The notes beneath the pieces are model-generated. The model did no database searches. It saw only the letters and a program-made list of their open reading frames with translations, and had not been told where the DNA came from. The position numbers and the translations under genes were made by a program. Shown here one piece after another: positions 46,308 to 60,971 of a stretch of DNA of 64,000 nucleotides. The first letter of the stretch is position 1, and each line of letters begins with the position of its first letter. This stretch comes from Eledone cirrhosa (taxonomy: Eukaryota), in contig OZ024764.1 in the NCBI GenBank assembly GCA_964016885.1, positions 13,516,001 to 13,580,000 on the forward strand. Direction: 5' to 3'.

Positions 46308-48060
46308 ATGGAAATGGGGTTCCTCCGAAGGGTCTTTGGAGTAAGGTTACTCGATAGAGTGTGTAACTTGGAGATCAGAAAGTAACCCCAAGCAGAGCCA
46401 CTACTTCTCTGAATTGAGAGATCACAGCTCTGATACTACAGACATGTGGTTATAATGTCTCAGGAAAGAATCTCTGAATTGAGAGATCACAGCTCTGATA
46501 CTACAGACATGTGGTTAGAATGTCTCAGGAAAGAACCTCTAAATTGAGAGATCACAGCTCCGATACTACAGACATGTGGTTAGAATGTCTCAGGAAAGAA
46601 TCTCTGAATTGAGAGATCACAGCTCTGATACTACAGACATGTGGTTAGAATGTCTCAGGAAAGAATCTCTGAATTGAGAGATCACAGCTCCGATACTACA
46701 GACATGTGGTTAGAATGTCTCAGGAAAGAATCTCTGAATTGAGAGATCACAGCTCAGATACTACAGACATGTAGTTATAATGTCTCAGGAAAGAATCTCT
46801 GACTTGAGAGATCACAGCTCAGATACTACAGACATGTAGTTATAATGTCTCAGGAAAGAATCTCTGAATTGAGAGATCACAGCTCTGATACTACAGACAT
46901 GTAGTTAGAATGTCTCAGGAAAGAATCTCCGAATTGAGGGATCACAGCTCTGATACTACAGACATGTGGTTAGTATGTCTCAGGAAAGAATCTCTGAATT
47001 GAGGGATCACAGCTCTGATGCTACAGACATGTGGTTAGAATGTCTCAGGAAAGAATCTCTGAATTGAGGGATCACAGCTCTGATACTACAGACATATGGT
47101 TATAATGTCTCAGGAAAGAATCTCTAAATTGAGAGATCACAGCTCAGATACTACAGACATGTAGTTACAATGTCTCAGGAAAGAATCTCTGAATTGAGGG
47201 ATCACAGCTCTGATACTACAGACATGTGGATAGAATGTCTCAGGAAAGAATCTCTGAATTGAGAGATCACAGCTCTGATGCTACAGACATGTGGTTAGAA
47301 TGTCTTAGCAAAGAATCTCTGAATTAAGGGATCACAGCTCAGATACTACAGACATGTAGTTATAATGTCTCAGGAAAGAATCTCCGAATTGAGGGATCAC
47401 AGCTCTGATACTACAGACATGTGGTTAGTATGTCTCAGGAAAGAATCTCTGAATTGAGGGATCACAGCTCTGATACTACAGACATGTGGTTAGAATGTCC
47501 GAGGAAAGAATATCTGAATTGAGAGATCACAGCTCTGATACTACGGACATGTGGTTAGAATGTCTCAGGAAAGAATCTCTGAATTGAGAGATCACAGCTC
47601 TGATACTACAGACATGTGTTTAGAATGTCTGAGGAAAGAATCTCTGAATTGAGAGATCACAGCTCTGATACTACAGACATGTGGTTAGAATGTCTCAGGA
47701 AAGAATCTCTGAATTGAGGGATCACAGCTCTGATACTACGGACATGTGGTTAGAATGTCTGAGGAAAGAATCTCTGAATTGAGAGATCACAGCTCTGATA
47801 CTACAGACATATGGATAGAATGTCTCAGGAAAGTATCGCTTAACAGATTTTATGGGCAAAACTAACCGGCAAGAGACCCAGGGGTAAACCACGAGCAAGA
47901 TGGTTGGATAACATCCATGAGCTTGGCTTGTCACGCTTGGGGATCCAGCCGGATTAGTTGAAGACGGTTGCTTCTGACAGGACCTGCTGGAAGGAGCGTT
48001 TGAGGACTCTGCCCTAACGACCCTCTCACGAATAAGTGAGCAAAGAAGAAGTAGATGAAA
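46308..48060 (+). mobile_element. RTE-clade LINE 3' fragment containing a 65-bp tandem array
   Basis: Translates to MEMGFLRRVFGV...IERSQL*YYRHVVRMSQE...GKRPRGKPRARWLDNIHELGLSRLGIQP, typical of the RTE ORF C-terminus. Confidence 0.85.
46411..47833 (+). repeat. 65-bp LINE-derived minisatellite, about 22 copies
   Basis: Unit gaattgagagatcacagctctgatactacagacatgtggttagaatgtctcaggaaagaatctct. Confidence 0.95.
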
Positions 48061-48402
48061 GGTGTATATTTTCTGAGCTCCCCAAATATGTTTATCACAA
48101 TATCGTGATGCTCATATCAATCAATAAACAGACTTTATTGTTTTGGTTTTCGACAATAATATCCGGTTCGTGTGCGCTGTAGATTGGAAGTGGAAAACCG
48201 TGGACTGGGCACTTGCCATAAAGAACAGGGCACCTGTGGTTTTATGGGGGATGGTTACCTGGAGTAAACCTTCAACATTTTCTCCCTATTGAGGAATTCC
48301 CATTACTTTTTAAAAATTTTATTTAAACCGCTTTACACGCCCCCCCCCCCCTCCCCCACACACACTGACACACACACACATACTCACAGACACACACATA
48401 TA

Positions 48403-48437
<35 letters not shown>

Positions 48438-48675
48438 CCATGTACACACATACACACACACATACACATATATACACATACAGAACATACATAAACACAC
48501 GCATACGCACGCAGAACTCACACACATACACACACATACACACACACATATATACACACACACACATACACACACATACACATACACACACATACACACA
48601 CATTCATACACACTCTGTTTTCGCTCTGTGTCGTTATAATGTTTTCTTACTGCAAACCCTTTGTGGTCAATAGAG

Positions 48676-50672
48676 AAATCAGCGTCAGACGCCATGGTTT
48701 GCAGCATAGAGTTATAGCCCTTTACGTTCTGAGTTAAAATCCCGCCGAAATTAACTTTGCCTTTCATACTTACGGGTTGGATAAAATAAAGTACCAGTAA
48801 TACACTGTGGTAATTGCTGGCCTTGTGCCAAAAGTAGAAACAATTATTATTCCTTTACGATCTGAGTTCAAATCCCGCCGAGGCTAACTTTGCCTTTCAT
48901 CCTTACGGGGTCGTTAAAATAAAGTACCAGTAATACACTAGTAAAATTGCTGGCCTTGTGCCTAGCCTAAAGTAGAAACAATTATTAATCGGGAGGTGGA
49001 TTGCAAAAAAAAGTAAAAAAAAAAGTGGTAGATCATCGGAAGAAATGCTTTGTGGCATTTATTCCGGCTCTTAAAGTTCTGATTTCAAATCCGGATGAAT
49101 TTATAGCGTTTCCTTTCATCCTTCCGGGGTCACTAAGATAAAGTACCAGTCAAGTACTGAGGTTGATTTAATCAACTCTTCTCCTTCTCCCTCAAATATC
49201 GCAAGCTAACCTCTCATATCTATCAATATTTTCCCCTTCTATAACACATACCTTGTTTCAGCTCGAGAGGCTCTATCTTCGATCTTACACTGTTTGCTTT
49301 TTCAAATAATCAAAATATACACAGACATGTATATAGTTGTTTCTACTTTAGGCACAAGGCCAGCAATTACCCAGTGCATTACTGGTACTTTATCGACCCC
49401 CGTAAGGATGAAAGGCAAAGTCAACCTCGGCGGGATTTGAACTCAGATCGTAAAGGGACGTAACTATGCTGGAAAGCATGGCGTCCGTCCCTCTACCGAT
49501 ACTGCCAAATAATAATTGTTTCTACTTTAGGCACAAGGCCAGCAATTACCCAGTGCATTACTGGTACTTTATTTTATCGACCCCCGTAAGGATGAAAGGC
49601 AAAGTCAACCTCGGCGGGATTTGAACTCAGATCGTAAAGGGACGTAACTATGCTGGAAAGCATGGCGTCCGACCCTCTACCGATACTGCCAATGTAAAAT
49701 GAAATTGGAAGGCCCGTATACAGATATCCTAGCAATGCTGTTTTTGTAAGGTCTGGGGACGCTATGAATTTATTCTTTATAGTATTATTATTGTATTGCA
49801 AGGTCGTTGGATTGGCAGTATCGGTAGAGGGTCGGACGCCACGCTTTGCAGCATAGAGTTACGGCCCTTCATGCGAAACTTGTTTTATTCCATTTGTATT
49901 CCCATTTCTGGGGCAACTTCCTTTCAACGTATTTTCACATTATGCGCCGTTTTGGCTGTATTAAATTATAGACAAGCACACAACCACAGAGTTTTAGTAG
50001 TGTATAGATAGATTGTAAGGTCGTTAGATTGGCAGAATCGGTAGAGGGTCGGACGCCATGCTTTGCAGCATAGACTTACGGCCCTTTACAATCTGAGTTG
50101 AAATCCCGCCGAGGTTAACTTTGCCATTCACCCTTCCGAGGGTCGATAAAATAAAGTACCAGTAATACACTGGGGTAATTGCTGGCCTTGTACCAATAGT
50201 AGAAACAATTATTATAGTACTAGACCCAAACGTGACCCATCGGGTCACGTTCACTTGAAAAAATACTTTTTTAAAATCCTGTTCACTTAAAAATAATTTT
50301 TAAATAATCAAAATATACACAGACATGTATATAATGTAAAATGAAATTGGAAGGCCCATATATAGATGTCCTAGCAATGCTGTTTATGTAAGTGTATTGC
50401 AATCTCTATTTGTTTAATGTACTTCTCAAGATCTCTACACACTGTTACCAAGACTCCAGCTCTTATTAGTATTACCACCACAAGGGGTGGTGAATTGGCA
50501 GTATCGGTAGAGGGTTGGACGTCATGTTTTCTAGCATAGTTACATCCCTTTACGATCTGAGTTCAAATCCCGCCGAGGTTGACTTTGCCTTTCAACCTTA
50601 CCGGGTCGATAAAATAAAGTACCAGTAATGTACTGGGTAATTGCTGGCCTTGTGCCTAAAGTAGAAACAATT
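48676..50672. mobile_element. Cluster of about 8 S1-type SINE copies/fragments: 48676-48845 +, 48852-48985 +, diverged 49040-49180 +, 49337-49509 -, 49514-49692 -, 49809-49870 +, 50026-50212 +, 50482-50672 +
   Basis: Repeated box A/B and body. The last copy has a 19-bp TSD ttattagtattaccaccac (50463-50481 and 50671-50689). Confidence 0.85.
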
Positions 50673-50834
50673 ATTAGTATTACCACCACCTTTTTCAGTG
50701 ACCACAACTGCTTAACCTCCCAAACTAACCTGCCATATCTATCAATTTGTTTCCCTTCTATATCACATACCTTGTTATCAGATGGACAGACTATATCTAT
50801 GTTTGTGTGTATCTATATATTTATGTCTATGTTT

Positions 50835-50880
<46 letters not shown>

Positions 50881-50965
50881 TTATATATATATATAATATT
50901 ATATATATATAATATATATTATTATATTATATATATATATAATATTATATATATATAATATATAT

Positions 50966-51010
<45 letters not shown>

Positions 51011-51981
51011 GTGGTGGAACACTGGAAGGTAATATCCGTAGTGGATATATTATATATATATATTATATTTATATATTATTTATGTATATATATATATATA
51101 TATATTACATATATATATTTATATATATATATATTATATATATACATTATTTATATATATATATATATATTTATATATAGATATATTATATATATATATA
51201 TTTATATATATATATATTACATATATATATTTATATATATATATATTATATATATACATTATTTATATATATATATATATTTATATATAGATATATTATA
51301 TATATATATATTTATATATATATATATATAAATAATATATATATTATATATATATATATATATACATTATATATATATATTATATATATATATTTAAATA
51401 TAATATATATATATTATATATATATATTATATATATATATTATATATATATAGATATATATTATTTATATATATATATATATATATTATTTATATATATA
51501 TATATTATTTATATATATATATATTATTTATATATATATATATATATATTATTTATATATATATATATATTATTTATATATGTATATTATTTAATATATA
51601 TATTATATATATATATATATATTATATATACATATATTATTTATATATATATATATTATATATATATATATATTATTTATATATATATACATTATTTATA
51701 TATATATATATATATATTATTTATATATATATACATTATTTATATATATATATTATTTATATATATATATATATACATTATATATATATAATATATATAT
51801 TATATATATATATGTTTATATATATAATATATATATATGGTTACCAGTCAGAGTTTAGCTTTAAACTATCTCTGTTATTGCATTAAATATATATAATATA
51901 TATATATATTATATATATATATAATATATATATATATATTTTATATATATAGATATATATTATTTATATATATATTATTAA

Positions 51982-52040
<59 letters not shown>

Positions 52041-52044
52041 TATT

Positions 52045-52079
<35 letters not shown>

Positions 52080-52133
52080 ATTATTTATATATACATTAAA
52101 TATTATATATATATATATTATATATATATATAT

Positions 52134-52164
<31 letters not shown>

Positions 52165-52712
52165 ATTATATATATATTATATATATATATATTTATATCT
52201 ATATATATTATTTATATATACATTAAATATTATATATATATATATTATATATATATATATTATTTATATATAAATATATTATTTATATAATATATATATA
52301 TTATATATTACATAAATATTATATATATTATATATATTATATTAAATATATTATATATATATATTAAATATATATATTATATATATTATATATATATATT
52401 ATATTAAATATATTATATATATATATATTAAATATATATATTATATATATTATATATTATATATATTATATATATTATATATATTAAATATACATATTAT
52501 ATATATTATATATATTATATATTATATATATATATTATATATATTATATATATTATATTTATATATATTATATATATATAATATATGTAATATACATAAC
52601 ATATAATATATATATGTATTATATATATTATATATATATTACATATTATATATATTATATATATAATATATATATATAAATAATATATATATATATATAA
52701 TATATATATATA

Positions 52713-52750
<38 letters not shown>

Positions 52751-52759
52751 TATATAAAT

Positions 52760-52910
52760 AATTGTTTCTACTTCTGGCACAAGGCCAGAAATTACCCAGT
52801 GCATTACTGGTACTTTATTTTATCGACCCCGTAAGGATGAAAGGCAAAGTTGACCTCGGCTGGATTTGAACTCAGAATGGAAGGGTCCGTAATTCTATGC
52901 GTCAAAGCAT
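52760..52910 (-). mobile_element. 5'-truncated SINE S1
   Basis: Reverse complement of the S1 body and tail. Confidence 0.85.
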
Positions 52911-53189
52911 TATATATTATATATATTATATATTATATATTGTATATATATTATATATATATATTATATATATTATATATATATTATATATTATATATAT
53001 AATATATATATATAATATATATATAATATATATAATATATATAATATATATATATATATAAATAATATATATATAAATAATATAATATATATATTGTATA
53101 TATATTATATATATTATATATATATATGTATATATATATTATATATATATTGTATATATTATATATATATTGTTTATATATGTATATAT

Positions 53190-53241
<52 letters not shown>

Positions 53242-53243
53242 AC

Positions 53244-53298
<55 letters not shown>

Positions 53299-53406
53299 AT
53301 ATATGTTTGTATATATATATAAACAGATATAAATATATATATATATATGTATATGTATATGTTTGATTTATTTCCACCAACAATATAACCCTCCTCAAGT
53401 ATAACA

Positions 53407-53482
<76 letters not shown>

Positions 53483-53497
53483 TTATATATGTATATA

Positions 53498-53530
<33 letters not shown>

Positions 53531-53585
53531 TGATTTAAAACTTCACTATTCACAAGTGTTTTTTAACCTTCATATCATGTCTCCC

Positions 53586-53656
53586 TATTTTATCTGACGA
53601 AAACGCAAATGCCATCGCATGATGATATTTGTTTTTGAAATGCGCATAATAAAATA
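53586..53656 (+). ncRNA. Type I hammerhead ribozyme motif, family B
   Basis: tattttat-CTGACGA-aaacgcaaatgccatc gcat gatgatatttgttttt-GAAA-tgcgcATA-ataaaata. 8-bp helix I and palindromic TGCGCA helix III. Confidence 0.85.
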
Positions 53657-53704
53657 CATGGAACTCCTTTAACCATCTTTTGCTCTTATATATTATATAT
53701 ATAA

Positions 53705-53786
<82 letters not shown>

Positions 53787-54030
53787 GTGTGTATATATGT
53801 GTGTATATATAAACATATATATATATACACATACACACATGCATATATACATACACACACACATATATATATATATATACATCCTGTTTCATTGTTAACT
53901 TTTGCTTTCTTTCTACAGGATCTATGTATCCAGCTCTATTTCAATGCTGTCCACTGGTCACACATGAAGAACGGACCCAGTCCCTTGTTACTGTTGTTCC
54001 GCCGCCATTATATCTGCTCCCTTACTGCTA

Positions 54031-54426
54031 ATGAACAAACCCTGTAAAGAATGGGGTGGATCAGACAAAACGAATTTCCGGCTGATCAGCTCCCCAACCG
54101 TTAACAACAACAACAACAACAACAACAGTATCAATCACAGCAACACGTATCATCATCATCATCATCATCACCATTGTCATCATAACGCGGAATTTAATCA
54201 GGGACAACAACAACAACAACAACAGCAGCAGCAGCTGCAACAAGAACAAGAAGAAGAAGAACAACAACAACATCATCATCGTCTGCAGCAGCAACAACAA
54301 CAACAACAACAACAACAACATCAATTACAACAACAACAACACGGGACTCTCACTGACACTGAAGTAATTTATCACGACCATCAACAACAGTCACAGCACA
54401 ACAACAACAACAGCAACAGCAACAGC

Positions 54427-54469
<43 letters not shown>

Positions 54470-54868
54470 GTAGCGGTAGTAGTAAGTCTAATAATAATAA
54501 TAATAATAATAATAATAGTAATAATAATAAAAACAACTACAGCCATAGCAGTAACACTAACAACAACAATAGTAACAACAACAACAACAACAACAACAAT
54601 AACAGCAACAACAGCAACAACAGTAACAACAACAGTAACAGCAACAACAACAACAGTAACAACCACAACAACCATAACAACAACCATAGCTGTAACAACA
54701 ACAGTAACAACAACAGTAACAACAACAACCATAGCTGTAACAACAACAACAGCCATACCTGTAACAACAACAGTAACAATAACAACAACAACAACAACAA
54801 CAGTAACAACAGTAACAACAACAGTAACAATAACAACAACAAGAGCAACAACAGTAACAACAACAGTA
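54031..54868 (+). CDS. 5' part of a large coding exon: N/Q/H-rich low-complexity N-terminus (MNKPCKEWGGSDKTNFRLISSPTVNNN...HHHH...QQQQ...)
   Basis: Polypyrimidine tract plus AG acceptor (ttttgctttctttctacag|g; exon would start 53919). ATG at 54031 with an in-frame upstream stop at 53965. Non-repetitive peptide segments lie between poly-N/Q/H runs. Joins the 54939 ORF frame if one base is restored near 54868. Confidence 0.6.
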
Positions 54869-55755
54869 CAACAACCATAGCTGTAACAACAATAATAACA
54901 ACAACAGCAACAACAAGAAGAGCAACAAAAGCGTTGCTATGGCCCATCACCGGATAATCGTGAAGAAAGAGCCGGGTTTGAACTCGTCTGTGGACCACTG
55001 GAGCCACCTATCGCCCGTACCCATACCGGCCACCCTACCGTCGGATGTTATGGCCAGGGGTAGCGTAGTCTCGGGCGTCGGGGGTGTGTGTTCGAATCTC
55101 GCCGGAGGCATGCATGACCCCAAATCAGCGTTCGCCTCTCCCTATTATTCGGGCGTGCTCAATATGCACGGCGGTGGGGGTTGCGGCGGCGGCGGTGGCG
55201 GCGGAGGAAGCCGAACCAGGAATTTGTACTTGCCTAACAACTTGAAAATCCACCACACCACATCCCCGACTAACAACAACAACAACAACAACAACAACAG
55301 CAGCAGCAGCAACACAACCTCGCCGTGTTCGACACCAACACCAACACCGCCGCCGCCGACGTCGACGGCGACGCAATCCCATGGAGTACACGGGCCGCAA
55401 TCGATCGTACAGACGACGTCCTCCGGCGGCGTGGCGGTTGTGACGCCGACCTCCTCCATGTCACCAGTGCCGCTAACACTCACGCAAAGCACGGATAACA
55501 TCTTAATTAGCGAATCGGAGTTAATAAGCCAATGTCATCAGCATCAGCGCGGGATCACCAGTCCACGTCTGACCTCGGCTCATCTAGCAAGGGAGAGCAT
55601 GATGCCTGCTATTTGTCTATCAGCGGCACCTTCTTCAATTAAGGTGGACTTAGACCAACCAGTGTACACTTTGTCGTGTCCGAAAGACAAGACAATTGAT
55701 GGTTTAGACACCGAGGGTACTTTGATCTACGAGAAACAGTACTACACATCGCCAG
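54869..55755 (+). CDS. 3' part of the same exon: GC-rich S/T/P/G-rich region with SUMO-type motifs (VKKE, IKVD), ending ...EKQYYTSP; probable transcription-regulator N-terminal region, family not identified
   Basis: ORF 54939..55784 has complex amino-acid content and a sharp rise in GC/CpG over the flanks. Canonical donor ccag|gtaagc at 55755/55756 (phase 1). No recognisable folded domain in the window. Confidence 0.75.
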
Positions 55756-55764
55756 GTAAGCCTA

Positions 55765-58585
55765 AATCTTTTTCTAATATATAAATATATAGCCTTCTAA
55801 ATGTTTTGAATTAAATATACGTTATATTGTCAAAATATCTTTTTCTAATATATAAATATATGACCTCCTAAATATTTTGAATTAAATATACGTTATATTG
55901 TCAAAATATCTTGTTCTAATATATAAATATATGACCTAAATATTTTAAATTAAATATACGTTATATTGTCAAAATATCTTGTTCTAATATATAAATATAT
56001 GACCTAAATATTTTAAATTAAATATACGTTATATTGTCAAAATATCTTGTTCTAATATATAAATATATGACCTTCTAAATATTTTGAATTAAATATACGT
56101 TATATTGTCAAAATATCTTGTTCTAATATATAAATATATGACCTAAATATTTTAAATTAAATATACGTTATATTGTCAAAATATCTTGTTCTAATATATA
56201 AATATATGACCTAAATATTTTAAATTAAATATACGTTATATTGTCAAAATATCTTGTTCTAATATATAAATATATGACCTCCTAAATATTTTAAATTAAA
56301 TATACGTTATATTGTCAAAATATCTTTTTCTAATATATAAATATATGACCTTCTAAATCTTTTGAATTAAATATACGTTATATTGTCAAAATATCTTGTT
56401 CTAATATATAAATATATGACCTAAATATTTTAAATTAAATATACGTTGTCAAAATATCTTGTTCTAATATATAAATATATGACCTTCTAAATATTTTGAA
56501 TTAAATATACGGTATATTGTCAAAATATCTTTTTCTAATATATAAATATATGACCTCCTAAATATTTTAAATTAAATATACGGTATATTGTCAAAATATC
56601 TTTTTCTAATATATAAATATATGACCTAAATATTTTAAATTAAATATACGTTATATTGTCAAAATATCTTGTTCTAATATATAAATATATGACCTCCTAA
56701 ATATTTAAAATTAAATATACGTTATATTGTCAAAATATCTTGTTCTAATATATAAATATATGACCTCCTAAATATTTAAAATTAAATATACGTTATATTG
56801 TCAAAATATCTTGTTCTAATATATAAATATATGACCTTCTAAATATTTTAAATTAAATATACGGTATATTGTCAAAATATCTTTTTCTAATATATAAATA
56901 TATGACCTCCTAAATATTTTAAATTAAATATACGGTCTATTGTCAAAATATCTTGTTCTAATATATAAATATATGACCTTCTAAATATTTTAAATTAAAT
57001 ATACGGTATATTGTCAAAATATCTTTTTCTAATATATAAATATATGACCACCTAAATATTTTAAATTAAATATACGGTCTATTGTCAAAATATCTTGTTC
57101 TAATATATAAATATATGACCTTCTAAATATTTTAAATTAAAAATACGGTATATTGTCAAAATATCTTTTTCTAATATATAAATATATGACCTTCTAAATA
57201 TTTTAAATTAAAAATACGGTATATTGTCAAGATATCTTTTTCTAATATATAAATATATGACCTCCTAAATATTTAAAATTAAATATACGGTCTATTGTCA
57301 AAATATCTTGTTCTAATATATAAATATATGACCTTCTAAATATTTTAAATTAAATATACGGTATATTGTCAAAATATCTTGTTCTAATATATAAATATAT
57401 GACCTTCTAAATATTTAAAATTAAATATACGGTATATTGTCAAAATATCTTTTTCTAATATATAAATATATGACCTCCTAAATATTTTAAATTAAATATA
57501 CGTTATATTGTCAAAATATCTTGTTCTAATATATAAATATATGACCTTCTAAATATTTAAAATTAAATATACGGTATATTGTCAAAATATCTTGTTCTAA
57601 TATATAAATATATGACCTTCTAAATATTTAAAATTAAATATACGGTATATTGTCAAAATATCTTTTTCTAATATATAAATATATGACCTCCTAAATATTT
57701 TAAATTAAATATACGTTATATTGTCAAAATATCTTGTTCTAATATATAAATATATGACCTTCTAAATATTTAAAATTAAATATACGGTATATTGTCAAAA
57801 TATCTTTTTCTAATATATAAATATATGACCTTCTAAATATTTTAAATTAAATATACGGTATATTGTCAAGATATCTTTTTCTAATATATAAATATATGTG
57901 ATTCTAAATATTTTAAATTAAATATACGGTATATTGTCAAAATATCTTTTTCTAATATATAAATATATGACCTTCTAAATATTTTAAATTAAATATACGG
58001 TCTATTGTCAAAATATCTTTTTCTAATATATAAATATATGACCTTCTAAATATTTTAAATTAAAAATACGGTATATTGTCAAGATATCTTTTTCTAATAT
58101 ATAAATATATGACCTCCTAAATATTTTAAATTAAATATACGGTATATTGTCAAAATATCTTTTTCTAATATATAAATATATGACCTTCTAAATATTTTAA
58201 ATTAAAAATACGGTATATTGTCAAGATATCTTTTTCTAATATATAAATATATGACCTCCTAAATATTTTAAATTAAATATACGGTATATTGTCAAAATAT
58301 CTTTTTCTAATATATAAATATATTACCTTCTAAATATTTTAAATTAAATATACGGTCTATTGTCAAAATATCTTTTTCTAATATATAAATATATGACCTT
58401 CTAAATATTTTAAATTAAATATACGGTATATTGTCAAAATATCTTTTTCTAATATATAAATATATGACCTTCTTCTAAATATTTAAAATTAAATATACGG
58501 TATATTGTCAAAATATCTTTTTCTAATATATAAATATATAGCCTTCTAATTGTTTTAAATTAAACATACAGCATATTGCCAAATA
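55765..58585. repeat. 68-71 bp AT-rich intronic minisatellite, about 40 copies
   Basis: Unit gtcaaaatatcttgttctaatatataaatatatgacctcctaaatattttaaattaaatatacgttatatt. Begins about 10 bp after the splice donor. Confidence 0.95.
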
Positions 58586-58837
58586 TACTATACATACATT
58601 GATGTATACATCGCTATTTCGGAGCACCAATCCTAATACCTAATTTTTGCTGGACCCGCAATCGCTCTGTATAATCAATTCCTGATTATTACTGGAATTA
58701 TATAAGAATCCAGCTTCTATAACCTTGTTTCTTTTGGGAGGTCATGTGGTTTTGGAGTGAACTCCTTAACTGAAGAGTTCTCTACGTATAAAATATATCT
58801 GTACACACACACACACACACACACGCACACACGCTCG

Positions 58838-58913
<76 letters not shown>

Positions 58914-59058
58914 GTAATAATAATAAATTTGAAGACTAATTGCAACGTTTTTTTAAATATTCACTTCTGCGTTCACAGATTGACTTTGTTAGTTTCAGAA
59001 GATCCCGTTAAGGGTGAAAGCTGCGATTCTTTGCTTAAACTTTAATCTGTTATTTTAA

Positions 59059-59130
<72 letters not shown>

Positions 59131-59369
59131 AAAGTTATAACATATATAACTGCTCTGTAAAACATCTGATGTTATTACATTGAGCTATTTAATTTACTGG
59201 TTAAAAGGTAGTAATATATTACTGCCTACCACTATTTAGGGTTTATAAAAAAATATATATAACTACAAAAGGTTTTTGTATTTGCATAACCATAAATAGT
59301 ATCCTTAATACTATATATATATAGTGTTTGGTTGGTAGAGTCCATAACACCAATCAAACCCCTTTTATA

Positions 59370-59414
59370 GCTCTGACGAATCCTACGGTTACGTAAGGAA
59401 GAAACATTGTTAGC
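59370..59414 (+). ncRNA. Hammerhead ribozyme motif, family F
   Basis: gct-CTGACGA-atcctacg gtta cgtaaggaa-GAAAC-att-GTT-agc. Confidence 0.7.
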
Positions 59415-59455
59415 CAATAAAAATCTTTTGATGTTGTAGACGCTCTTGTGTTCTT

Positions 59456-59554
<99 letters not shown>

Positions 59555-60007
59555 TACATATATATATACACATATATATATAGTCCAGAATTAGCCGTCG
59601 AAACGGCTTGAGCTCAGCCGTCGGGGTCCTACTCGTTCCTATATATATATATATAGTAAGGTGTATTATTGGTTGTGTCATACGGTCCAATAAAATTTTT
59701 GTTAGCAATATTAAGTTCTCCACACTTTTGTATATCTCCAATTCCATTCATGGGAACAGCTTTATTTTGATATATATATATATATGGGTATATGTATGTA
59801 ATTATATATATATATGTGTGTGGGTATATGTATGTATATATATATATGTGTGTGTGTATATGTATTTATATATATATATGTGTATATATATATAGATATG
59901 TGTTCATATAGATATTTATATATATATGTGTGTATATATATATATATGTATATATATACGATATTACGATATTAAACAAATGGAAACTATATTTATAAAA
60001 CCATATT

Positions 60008-60073
60008 TATTTCATTATACATATTTCAGGGATACCATATTAGAAATATGGCATGCCTTCTTCAGATAAAATA
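60008..60073 (-). ncRNA. Type I hammerhead ribozyme motif, family C
   Basis: Reverse strand tattttat-CTGAAGA-aggcatgccatat ttcta atatggtatccct-GAAA-tatgtATA-atgaaata. Confidence 0.8.
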
Positions 60074-60154
60074 CAATATATAAGCAGTTTTATAAATAAA
60101 TTTGACGGACCATAAATATTGTTCAACTTCCATTTAAAAATATATGTGTATATG

Positions 60155-60237
<83 letters not shown>

Positions 60238-60411
60238 ATATATAGATAGGTATGTATATGTATGTATATGTATATGTATGTATATGTATGTATGGTTAAG
60301 AGAGTGGGACTGGCTTTGTGCAGTGCCTTTGCTCACTATAAAAGCTTCACGGCATAGGCATTGCTTTATATCTGAAAGTAGTGGCCGTACTCGAAAACGA
60401 GTTGGCAGCCA

Positions 60412-60466
<55 letters not shown>

Positions 60467-60731
60467 ATAAAATATAGAGAAAAATACTGCATGTATATAT
60501 GTTTATATAGATATGTATGTATATATGTATATATAGATATGTATGTATATATGTATATATAGATATGTATGTATATATGTATATATATATATATGTATGT
60601 ATATGCATATATATATGTTTATATATAGTATATATATATGTAGATATGCATGTGTATTTATATATATGTATATATAGATATGTAAATATTCATTTGTATA
60701 TATATATATGTATATATATATATATCATATG

Positions 60732-60809
<78 letters not shown>

Positions 60810-60971
60810 TGCATGTATGCCTATATATATATATATATATATATGCATGTATGCCTATATATATACTTTTCTATATATATATGCACACACATAGCTGACT
60901 GAATACGCACGTGGTTTTTTCTGCCCTTTTTTCCTTCATTTCTTCCCCCTTTTCTTCCCTTTATAACTCTA

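Noticed and set aside
40703-47833. Regular arrays that could be mistaken for CRISPR
   Set aside because: Units are contiguous with no unique spacers, no cas genes, and the context is eukaryotic.
54939-55755. Assignment to a specific gene such as a nuclear receptor
   Set aside because: No DNA-binding or other diagnostic domain lies in the window, so naming it would be a guess.
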